A DNA stretch of 60,080 bases from an uncultured Oscillospiraceae bacterium (GTDB lineage: Bacteria; Bacillota; Clostridia; Oscillospirales; CAG-382): the NCBI GenBank assembly GCA_964614955.1, contig CAZTNR010000001.1, positions 1 through 60,080 of the forward strand. The letters run 5' to 3'. Below are positions 46,201 through 52,284 of the stretch, in pieces (within the stretch, counting starts at the first letter, position 1; each line of letters starts with the position of its first letter). The position numbers and the translations under genes were made by a program. Below the pieces are notes generated by a model that saw only the letters and a list, made by a program, of their open reading frames with translations, made no database searches and was not told where the DNA came from.

Positions 46201-49200
46201 AATGGACGCTTGGTAATTTCATACGATAACGCGCTTTACTCTCCACAGACACTTGCAAAACACGAATATGTTCACGAGGTGTTTGATAGCACAGAGGTGC
46301 GTAAAGCCGTTGAAAACATACGCAGTACGATGTCAGACTCAGAATATCAGTCAGCCATAATGGCATACAAAGCCAAGTACAGAGGAATTACAAGCAACGA
46401 AGCCGATTTACAGCAAGAGCTTTATTGCGACATTCTTGCAGGCATTTATGAAAATTATGCCGTATTTCAAGATGTCATTAACTCTTTTTGGACAAACGAT
46501 CTCGGCGGTGTTGACAGATTTAAGGTTTCAGAATATGATAATACAATGGACGCAGGGGGCAAAACGATTGTTTCCGCGAGCAAGGAGGCTAACGGCAATG
46601 GGCAATCAGAAGGAACCAATTTATTACTTGAAAGGTCCGGATGGAGAGGTTCATCGAGTTCCGAAGAGCAAAAAGAAAATCTTTTTGGAAGAAGCGGAAC
46701 GAATCATGAAAGAATGTTTGAGGAAAGAAAAAGAACAGCCAAAGAAATAAAAAGCAAAAGCGGATATGTTCACAAGGTAGCAGAAGATACGCACTTATAT
46801 TTGATAAAAGAATCTTCTTTCAACGAAGAAATGTCTGATATTGTAAAGTTCGTTAACGACTACGGGCATACATGCAACATTCTTTTGATTGATGCATATG
46901 ACGACGAAGGCGATCATGGTCCGGCGTTTATTGGGTATGACGACGAAATATATGTGTCATATACTAACCAATACTCACCATGGAAACTCGCAAGGCACGA
47001 AATCGTCCATACGGTTTACAACACGAAAGAGTTCGAACCGTTTAAACGGGGCATAAGAAATCGCTTTACCGAAGAGATGTTCGGCATGGCGCTGGCTGAA
47101 CCGAGATATGCGCTTGCTTTGAAGACATATTTAAAAGACGAGGATGCGCTATTTCAAGAAATTGTGTGTGACATCTTTGCCGGTGCTGCACCAGAGAATC
47201 TTTCTGAAGGTTTTGACGATTTGATTAGGCTTTTCTGGAATAGCAATGTTGGAAAAACCAAACGCAATACCAAATGGTTTAACGAACTTCTAAATGACGA
47301 AAACTTCAGGTTCTCCCTCGACGACGACGGCAACTACGACTTCGGCGACATATGGCGTGAGCTTGTTGATGAATACGGTGCGATACCAACGGGTGAAAAG
47401 CCTGCAAGGGATATAGATGTGCCGAAAAAGATTGATGAAAGGCGAGTTGTCAGTCGTTTTGCGAGGACTATGATGGAAGCGGGTGTTACTTCTGACCACG
47501 TTATGTCTGAGTTCGAGGAGAGAATTCTTGACGGTACTATGACGCACCTCGTGATAACAAATGAAGCCGCGAGAAGCTCTGCTCAGAAACAGATTGAATA
47601 TGAGGGCTTTAAAGGTGCGCTCACAAAGTGGAATAATCTCGTAGACGAGGACGTCGTAGGTAAGAAGCAGCTTGTGTTTGGTATGGAGCTATATAATCAG
47701 TGCATAACAAACGGCGATGTTGCAAGCGCTATGAAGATAGCTGCAGACCTTACGGCTATGGCAACCAGCGCCGGTCAAACGCTTCAGGCTTGCAGAGTGT
47801 TAAAGCTTATGTCTCCCGACGGTCAACTTTACTATCTTGAAAAGTCTGTTGACAAGATGAACAAAGAGTTCAGGAAGAAGATAGGCAAAAAATTCAAAGA
47901 CATAGAGCTTGACGAGAATCTTATGAAAGAGTTTTTGCAGGCTCGGGACGAAGAAGCGAAAAACGAGGCATATGACAAGATTTGCCAGAGTATCGCAGAC
48001 CAAATTCCGTCCACGTTCCGCGACAAGTGGGATTCTTGGAGATATCTTGCGATGCTTGGCAATCCGAGGACTCATATCAAGAACTTTGTCGGCAACGCCG
48101 TATTTGTTCCTGCGATTCGTATTAAAAATATGGTCGGCGCTATTGGCGAAAGAGCTTTTAGAGTAAACAAGGAAGAACGCACAAGGTCCTTCTACAAAAC
48201 CGGGGAATCAAAGGATTTTGCGAAAGCGGATTTCGAGAAAATGAAGAAAACGCTTCAGGGTGAAAACTCGAAGTATGCAACAACAAGCGACATCGAATCG
48301 CGGCGCACAATTTTCAAGAGCAAACTCCTTGAAACTCTCAGAAGAAAGAATTTCGATTTCCTTGAAGCTGAAGATATGGCATTTCTCAAGTTGCACTACG
48401 TTGATGCTCTTGCAAGGGTAATAACGGCAAGAGGAATAGATGTTAATAACGTTGACCCCGAAACACTTGACAAGATTCGACTGTTTGCGGTACGTCAGGC
48501 ACAGGAAGCAACGTACAGAGACGCAAATGCTCTCGCAGAGGAGCTTAACCGAATTGAGCGAGCAATGAAAACGAGCGACAAGAAGGCGGTCAGAGCCGCA
48601 AGCGTCTTGGTTGAAGGCGTGATGCCGTTTAAGAAGACACCGCTCAACATTGCAAAACAAGGCATTCTTTATTCTCCTGTGAGCATTTTAACGGGCATTT
48701 CCAAGACCGTTAAAGTAGTTAAGCGAAATGGTGATGTATCTGTCACAGAAGCGATTGACGATCTTGCAAAAGGTCTTACAGGTACAGGTCTTATGCTTCT
48801 CGGATATTTTCTCGCAAGGCACGATCTTCTTTCGGGTCCGGACGATGAAGACGAAAAGAAGAGCCGCTTTGACGAAATGGTCGGCGAACAATCTTATTCT
48901 TTCAACGTTGGCGGCCATTCATACACAATTGACTGGATGACACCTTCGAGTATGCCGTTGTTTGTTGGTTGCGAGCTATTTAACTTGACAAAGGACAAGT
49001 TTACATTCTCTGACATAACAGCTGCGTTATCTTCGATGACAGACCCGGTGTTCGAACTTTCTGTTCTATCAGGCATAAGCAACCTATTCAACGGTGTTAT
49101 GTACGGCGAAGGAAGTGCTGCATTTAATGCTGTATGGGATATGACGACAAGCTACTTTACCCAAGCGTTACCCACAATCGGCGGTCAGGTGTCAAGACTT

Positions 49201-49731
49201 CTCGATGACAACAAGCGGGAGTACTATTATACAGACAAAAACAGTCAGCTTCCGTCGAGTTTGCAACGGCTTATCGGTCAGGTTTCAAGCAAGATACCGT
49301 TTGTTAGTTATCTTTTTGAACCTTCTATTGACGATTGGGGCAGAGAAGAAAGCTACGGCGGCATCGTAGAAAGAACGCTTGAAAATGTGGTTTCGCCCGG
49401 GTACTATTCGAAAGAGGCATATACGAGAGTTGACGACGAACTTGCGAAATTGTACAGAAAGACAGGCGACAATTCTGTGTTCCCGACTAAGGTTCAGAAG
49501 TATTATGTTTCGGATGGTGTTTATTACCATATGAACGCTGAGGATTATACTGAGGTGAAGAAACGTAGGGGCAAGCTGAGTTTCAAGCTCGTGAAGGAAC
49601 TTATTGGCAGTTCGAATTACAAAGCAATGAGCGACGAAGAAAAAATAAAAGCTATTTCTAAATGTTATCGCGAAGCAGGGGAGACTGTAAAAGGTGAAAT
49701 GCTTGAAAAAATAAAACGTCACAGCAAATAA
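37285..49731 (+). CDS. Giant 4148-aa polyvalent protein (ART-like x2, zincin HExxH x2, hydrophobic/TM modules)
   Basis: An uninterrupted 12,447-nt ORF with RBS aaggagaag. Motifs are detailed in the findings. Confidence 0.9.
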   Translation: MAFVKANKNNSETEKNGGFVRTTSGGSFVKAATSGTATKNNGRENGETKVANGKTYDAVKSQYDADKFGKGNIDLTARPIYKNADGKISTVNSMSINEDGKEVLIPTIVNDKNGNAKMLTEREAIEHYHNTGEFLGKFDTVDEANEYANALHIDQDIYYSNLYYGSEENRENEVNDVGNTRQQPLTAEDYKNFSAYFKKQLAESLPKNKGDFDGKKVRELTKQYAAVQAAIYENNLKNGFTGTTPIGDNIANLYKAHGYDFQKLFPDLYDAYSTGNVEAFAYQNSGEYKVKVDDKRKAEIDKVLFDLGKTFDEQIKTAEDELAVLEEKQYAMGGKTLAHNPFIRPTANYSVEDITKWKNEGVDFGEEIASKKAEIESIKAYYTSVSEVFRAKSQPDFEEKSKYVLGITQDKGESTNSYLPKGFYEKVAREHNKDKKDLTFSNEDGSTYTVTVDKNGLTDDEYGTLMYILNTQGAEAADKFYEGIAFNRNSNIAQSVHDTFQETEKGGLFQKIGAGIGETAYALASGVEGLITAPINMVADMTGVGSGYYAPSVSQQVTAKNIESADGLGRIGLQAVQTAPQIAGVVAAAKFGGPTAANAFLAYTAFPSSYVDARNRGASEAQALNKAGLDTALELATEKFLGNTIEGSGTTFTGLVGSAVKKTGIGAKVFDFFSDVASKYPNIGTSLRLVGKSSGSGISEMAEEYTASFFAPYVENIVYGTTKKAELWNEEEKESSAVGFITGLILGEARNVNLYSYIANGDYGARIAEIYSLSDKAVTADYLKNIDVSTLTEIARYENEGFDSLTEQEQSEMVARVRSRIESGITPEEARAELLEEETLRAAIFGMEDLAKQGYAYEEASNKLRKQGVDVNKYSEFAKQAYEIGEQKKPLMPEIPPVAVEMAREGKSSSEIADTLVSAGKESSVERAIRAANAAKNKVFSETLMPEMTVVQRQKAMQDRIIAENKAEEEYFAEKYNNTMSEAKETLGNGFNYAFISDAVNKISSNLLKSFAEENGTHISAGRVKNIVLEAIVARGEVSKENITKQLADAFAMSMPVASKTYQTLVSPGTSATEALTNYALRGEISNTVADKASLEEAGKRFKAISDSAATQVANARKHLYGTSALETVTVPAVTNTEYITAEMTDAERYEILKDKKITLAKANAELYNKYYEQMPQLLEDKLKTKDAKKLIKKIATDFGVFTEYENKDFDIKFEFGRNNLDESIGKQKGNYDLYAQMLSCFSDVISNAVGIEVHNRNNDGYKVDMTLKNVYVLCSAFENDTDIVPVKLSVKEFVDKENRLYVAVALESIKKDRVVSMGVQDNLTHVRTSPAIISIRDIFRNVNPLDVDFLKYIPDDFLNEEQIAAKNGVNSDLKKAPESDTMISEVENTSSETENKEDIRTRFNELTNKLSKKYGEGAVKEVLIFSADVADGAASDVSDIAGKRISGKKLLPSCIEAMAADNDADAAAAISESFSDIFVSANISVEMVRGVIDEASERIVSKRAELEEKNGVPSVGEGNVEAETAEKAAESVQNVSENSSDSEFDEWKPEAKTDKRTKFGEKAKPEDTVSTVFDFGDGIDADALAVFEKDKHSQKEINNDVNTTKNKEQNRNFVESEEIGKDNNTGERFGVLQASETGIELRDRNTGSLDTEADRRTADISGNRDAEVGDIKDTKNETGRLLRRTEDRSLEEICESENFVNLSRFIGDEISSAQSKAFIDAYINGEHGESEFDLMQLVAYDVVSDENNNLREIFSDNVDEYFLYDSLDSTQDITGKAVPDDVRERFKNTVVKSSKGSLIPVYHGTDKYYPNLKRGETGIHFGSYAQAANRAKDKGFDTPYFVKAYLNITNPVIIEDDFFNWNAPQLAHALSRTGVITADEAVKYFESAKLESIEKANEDIVQKLKELGYDGIIYQNAVEAVNGKSYIVFDESQIFRLDGDDNSTNKENTENGREQTGIPGTESEGHTGGNVSALKTDPRQGTENSELLSSKNGIVTLKKPKGYESAFKKSERIIVGKEHITNGFVGIRKSLVDTEKVKTYANKKWSNVSENNEFDLTKHFTEGANLMITGDPKVIEVPRVARAYSFKIDGGYYIYNQQFVDAFAKDGNTFWVNPEKPNSAMGIKNADGESIGLIMPIRSSSKNDASLAEQTAKRHNEAKYASEVLEEKRQEKASKKETAEFSYSLDDSESDLTQRHFSPSEKVVQAFADSIDKWLSGNMKSNEYFELGEPPTVLKELGAKDLPVIMSQDVIVKITGEKHSISLDEIKRLPEAIHDPIMVFSSATVPNAFVLITELTDKSGNDVVVALHLNKKQDRLSVNRIASVYGKGNVANFVEAQSELGNLRYVDKEKSQQWSTSRGLQLPKLVQSITDNDSILQKEDIVNSILFENGEKDSGNIQKNVAETDNEYLEAVESGDVEKAQRMVDEAARTAGYNSPLLYHGTSAFGFTEFDLSKADDGRTIFLTSSEEIASTYSGVDGKRKVSDIYTEKVENMSVPELANALNEVTEKYGASEDGDKNRYSYYDYGKVNRLISQVNTGLEELRPTIDGKISEYAERMSEDFNDKDAKVHKQLVELKEKLDKWEYDKLSTPIYMLLHHTDVFSGSANVKKVAELEKNIRIMNRVRSSKSLDEGVIVSESLGGYYTNTLSRDVAIRQLRSLISKGNYSLYAKLVKPLTIDAHGELWNSIYGWSDDMVPKADSVEVTKEGNEYRLKDKETGKFVEDAVIDVNDVTSSMTDEERKTFILNKIRDMWSIRTENIKSTRGIAKYAKEHGYGSVIIKNLVDNGGNNSRVDMDTKADIYILFDSNNAKSADPVTYDDDGNVIPLSERFNPEKNDIRYSIEGQTSIYENESEAEHERNSIYDGSERRNAGESSGKQDERLVEGTGETSEVSAEERRRYSEALTDEQIEKKTFKDSSGRAVKADLIKKSAWNDDMRSLAEAYANKGIEVAFTKGSIKLGFAFGRTARAMHMNGRLVISYDNALYSPQTLAKHEYVHEVFDSTEVRKAVENIRSTMSDSEYQSAIMAYKAKYRGITSNEADLQQELYCDILAGIYENYAVFQDVINSFWTNDLGGVDRFKVSEYDNTMDAGGKTIVSASKEANGNGQSEGTNLLLERSGWRGSSSSEEQKENLFGRSGTNHERMFEERKRTAKEIKSKSGYVHKVAEDTHLYLIKESSFNEEMSDIVKFVNDYGHTCNILLIDAYDDEGDHGPAFIGYDDEIYVSYTNQYSPWKLARHEIVHTVYNTKEFEPFKRGIRNRFTEEMFGMALAEPRYALALKTYLKDEDALFQEIVCDIFAGAAPENLSEGFDDLIRLFWNSNVGKTKRNTKWFNELLNDENFRFSLDDDGNYDFGDIWRELVDEYGAIPTGEKPARDIDVPKKIDERRVVSRFARTMMEAGVTSDHVMSEFEERILDGTMTHLVITNEAARSSAQKQIEYEGFKGALTKWNNLVDEDVVGKKQLVFGMELYNQCITNGDVASAMKIAADLTAMATSAGQTLQACRVLKLMSPDGQLYYLEKSVDKMNKEFRKKIGKKFKDIELDENLMKEFLQARDEEAKNEAYDKICQSIADQIPSTFRDKWDSWRYLAMLGNPRTHIKNFVGNAVFVPAIRIKNMVGAIGERAFRVNKEERTRSFYKTGESKDFAKADFEKMKKTLQGENSKYATTSDIESRRTIFKSKLLETLRRKNFDFLEAEDMAFLKLHYVDALARVITARGIDVNNVDPETLDKIRLFAVRQAQEATYRDANALAEELNRIERAMKTSDKKAVRAASVLVEGVMPFKKTPLNIAKQGILYSPVSILTGISKTVKVVKRNGDVSVTEAIDDLAKGLTGTGLMLLGYFLARHDLLSGPDDEDEKKSRFDEMVGEQSYSFNVGGHSYTIDWMTPSSMPLFVGCELFNLTKDKFTFSDITAALSSMTDPVFELSVLSGISNLFNGVMYGEGSAAFNAVWDMTTSYFTQALPTIGGQVSRLLDDNKREYYYTDKNSQLPSSLQRLIGQVSSKIPFVSYLFEPSIDDWGREESYGGIVERTLENVVSPGYYSKEAYTRVDDELAKLYRKTGDNSVFPTKVQKYYVSDGVYYHMNAEDYTEVKKRRGKLSFKLVKELIGSSNYKAMSDEEKIKAISKCYREAGETVKGEMLEKIKRHSK

Positions 49732-49737
49732 AATTAA

Positions 49738-49767
49738 ATCCGCATCAGAAATGGTGCGGATCTTTTT
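49738..49767 (+). terminator. Intrinsic terminator after the giant gene
   Basis: atccgca/tgcggat stem followed by cttttt. Confidence 0.75.
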
Positions 49768-49852
49768 CTGCGGTTTGGCACGAAACGGATATCGTGTTTA
49801 TCTTATGTCGATTTGAGTATAATTCTGTCAAACAATTAGAGGGGCGACAGAA

Positions 49853-50131
49853 ATGAGAGGAAAATTTAGAGAGCGATTGCAGGAAATGCACATCAAGTAT
49901 ATGAGCGAATACTTTAAAAGAATCAGAAAAGAGAAGGGGTTGACACAAGAGAAAATGGCGGAACTTCTTCGCATTGACACGCGTTCATATCAAATGTATG
50001 AAAACGGCAGCGGGTTATGTGGGTTTTCAACCTTTGTAATCTTGCTTTTCGAAATTTGTCCGGACAAAGGGAAACTATTAAAAGACTTGTACGATATCAT
50101 AATCGAGGTTTGGACCAATGAAGCGGCGTGA
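49853..50131 (+). CDS. XRE-like HTH protein, paralogue of 50325-50591
   Basis: YFKRIRKEKGLTQEKMAELLRIDTRSYQMYENG. Confidence 0.7.
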   Translation: MRGKFRERLQEMHIKYMSEYFKRIRKEKGLTQEKMAELLRIDTRSYQMYENGSGLCGFSTFVILLFEICPDKGKLLKDLYDIIIEVWTNEAA

Positions 50132-50336
50132 TGAGAGCGTAGAAGAAAGGCTCTCATACAGAGAGCCTCGAAAAATTGAAGAGATACATATTATGAAGAA
50201 CGGCGACGAATATGCTATTTGTCCGAGATGCAAGAATTTCTTTGATATAGAATATCAGCCGTTTTGCAGCGGGTGCGGTCAAGCCATAGATTGGGGGCAT
50301 CCCAAAGAGGCTAAGAAAGTCAAATTATTTTCCTAA
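50118..50336 (+). CDS. Small zinc-ribbon protein
   Basis: CPRCKN ... CSGCGQ. Confidence 0.55.
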   Translation: MKRRDESVEERLSYREPRKIEEIHIMKNGDEYAICPRCKNFFDIEYQPFCSGCGQAIDWGHPKEAKKVKLFS

Positions 50337-50591
50337 ATCATTTTTGTTTTTTGATATTATATACATCAGATCTTCGATAACATCGAATTTTCTGTCGCCA
50401 AGCTCCCACAGCATAAGCAGGAAAGATAAAAGACTGAAAGAACTTTTTCCGTGTTCAAGGTATTGATATGCGCGAACGTCCATACATAGCTGTTCGGACA
50501 TTTCGTCTTGTGTGATTTGCTTTTCTTTGCGTATTTCTTTGGGGTAATCTTTCAGGTATTGTTTGACGAGATTGCAGAGCTTTTTGCGCAT
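50325..50591 (-). CDS. XRE-like HTH protein, paralogue of 49853-50131
   Basis: YPKEIRKEKQITQDEMSEQLCMDVRAYQYLEHG. Confidence 0.7.
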   Translation of the reverse strand: MRKKLCNLVKQYLKDYPKEIRKEKQITQDEMSEQLCMDVRAYQYLEHGKSSFSLLSFLLMLWELGDRKFDVIEDLMYIISKNKNDLGK

Positions 50592-50641
50592 TTTTACATC
50601 CTTTCTTAGTGAATGTAAAAACTCAAATCAATTCGTTCGGC

Positions 50642-50664
50642 GTTTTGACATCTTTTTGACACCC
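50642..50664. promoter_or_regulatory. Candidate integrase arm-type site (right arm)
   Basis: gttttgacatctttttgacaccc matches 224-246 at 22 of 23 positions. Confidence 0.4.
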
Positions 50665-50709
50665 TGATAAATGCAAAATTTGAACATTTCTGAACAAATT
50701 CGAACACCT

Positions 50710-50762
50710 GAAAATAAAAGAAACCCACGTAAATACGTACGTTTGACGTATTTGCGTGGGTT
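50710..50762 (-). terminator. Phage-borne intrinsic terminator now serving the reconstituted tRNA-Pro
   Basis: 16-bp stem aacccacgtaaatacg/cgtatttgcgtgggtt. On the minus strand it is followed by tcttttatttt, and it starts 8 nt after the tRNA CCA end. Confidence 0.7.
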
Positions 50763-50769
50763 CTCGAAA

Positions 50770-50792
50770 TGGTCGAGGTGACAGGACTCGAA
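50770..50792. repeat. attR core (3' 23 nt of tRNA-Pro)
   Basis: Identical to 166-188. Confidence 0.85.
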
Positions 50793-50845
50793 CCTGCGGC
50801 CCCATGGTCCCAAACCACGTACGCTACCAACTGCGCTACACCTCG
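50770..50845 (-). tRNA. tRNA-Pro: tRNA-Pro (anticodon UGG), 76 nt with encoded CCA
   Basis: Hand-folded cloverleaf: acceptor CGAGGTG/CACCTCG, D arm GCGC-AGTTGGTA-GCGT, anticodon arm CGTGG-TTTGGGA-CCATG, T arm GCAGG-TTCGAGT-CCTGT, discriminator A, then CCA. Confidence 0.9.
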
Positions 50846-50886
50846 ATATTTACTTACCGGACTGCCAACATCCTGACAGCTTAAAT

Positions 50887-50915
50887 ATTCTATCATAATA
50901 AAAACTGTTTGTCAA
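50887..50915 (-). promoter_or_regulatory. Promoter of tRNA-Pro
   Basis: On the minus strand: TTGACA, 17-nt spacer, TAGAAT, about 35 nt upstream of the mature 5' end. Confidence 0.6.
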
Positions 50916-51015
50916 GAAAAAAGTGCCTATAGGTTTTCAAATTTGTCTTTACAAAATTGCTGTCAAATGATAAACTGTTAACGTCAGAAGTCGATAAATT
51001 AAAGGTGGGTATGAT

Positions 51016-52233
51016 ATGGATGATGTGAGAGAAATCCTCGGAATAAAAATAGAATCTCCTTGTTGGGACAAGGCATACAGCCTTGCTGTCAAAGAACCTC
51101 AGGCGCCGTATTGGCTGACAACGGAATACATCGAAAAACTGCATAAAAAGTATAATGTTCTGCGAGCGAATTATGATGTATTAATATCAGCAGTGCCCTG
51201 TGTTGCAGAGAATCCACATCTTTGCCTTCTTGCAAAAACACTGTATCATATTATCGGCGAAAAGACAAAATCAAAGGAAGCATTCACACGTTTTGAACTG
51301 CCTAAAGCACCGGAAGGTGTGGAAACCACACTCGGCTATGACTTTGTCGGTATATTTCCGATACTTGCTCATATTGAACCGAGCTGGCGTGAGCTTGAAA
51401 ACAGGGGAGTGGATGCGGCTATTATTTCGGATAGCCTTGTAACGCCCGATAATCTTGTGACCTATTCCTATGAACGCCTTGGTAAATACTGCCTTGGCGA
51501 TGCGGAGTTTATGTTTTACGATGCCTCACTCTATGTCAATTATCTGAAAATCGGAAGACTCCGTTTTGAGATGTATCCCGACTCAAAGCTTCACGTAAGA
51601 GCATTTATAAATGATAAAAATGACGTTTGTATACTCCTAGACGGTGCAGATATTCATAAAAGCGGACATTTGCTGGGCACATACGGCTGTACCAATAAAG
51701 ACGACTCTTTCTGTGCAGAAATCGAAGAATCAAATGACTGTTATGAAGGCTATGCCGTTGATAAAAACACGGGTCTTTGCCAGGGCTTTAAAACTAATCT
51801 AAAAAAGACTGACTGGATCCCCGTACTTTCAAAAGGCGATAACGTGATGAAGGTGCATATACCTTACGGTGGACGACTGGATAAAGCCGAGGTTGAAAGT
51901 TCATATGCAAGAGCAAGAGAAGTCTTCGCCAAGTGCTACCCGGAAATAAAGTTTAAAAACTTTGTCGTCACCTGCTGGATGCTGTCACCCGGGCTTCGTG
52001 ACATTCTGAGCCCCGAATCCAACATTGTTTCGTTCCAAAACAAATATAATATATATCCCGTAAAAAGCACTGCACTTGATGCTTTGATGTACGTCTATAA
52101 TTTCAAAGGTAAGTCGCCGGATGAGCTCGACTTTGAAAATCTTCCTGAGGATAATACTCTAAGACTGGGAGTAAAACAAAAGTGCCTTAACGGAAAATTC
52201 ATACACGAATTCGGCGGATTTTTCCCGTGGTAA
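51016..52233 (+). CDS. Hypothetical host protein, 405 aa (possibly acyltransferase-like)
   Basis: A long ORF with a plausible promoter (TTTACA, 17-nt spacer, TAAACT). The family is only vaguely recalled. Confidence 0.5.
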   Translation: MDDVREILGIKIESPCWDKAYSLAVKEPQAPYWLTTEYIEKLHKKYNVLRANYDVLISAVPCVAENPHLCLLAKTLYHIIGEKTKSKEAFTRFELPKAPEGVETTLGYDFVGIFPILAHIEPSWRELENRGVDAAIISDSLVTPDNLVTYSYERLGKYCLGDAEFMFYDASLYVNYLKIGRLRFEMYPDSKLHVRAFINDKNDVCILLDGADIHKSGHLLGTYGCTNKDDSFCAEIEESNDCYEGYAVDKNTGLCQGFKTNLKKTDWIPVLSKGDNVMKVHIPYGGRLDKAEVESSYARAREVFAKCYPEIKFKNFVVTCWMLSPGLRDILSPESNIVSFQNKYNIYPVKSTALDALMYVYNFKGKSPDELDFENLPEDNTLRLGVKQKCLNGKFIHEFGGFFPW

Positions 52234-52284
52234 GTAATAACACCCGACAACAAGCTGTTGCCGGGTGATTTTCGTATCAGACTG

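Larger units (their letters stand above)
166..50792. mobile_element. Integrated temperate prophage (~50.6 kb) in tRNA-Pro
   Basis: A 23-bp direct repeat sits at both ends. The integrase is next to the left repeat and an intact tRNA is at the right repeat. The interior holds complete lysogeny, replication, packaging, head, fibre and lysis modules. Confidence 0.9.

Noticed and set aside
50606-50896. Three minus-strand ORFs (60-96 aa) spanning the tRNA-Pro locus
   Set aside because: They are translations through the tRNA gene, its terminator and its promoter. No coding signal is present.
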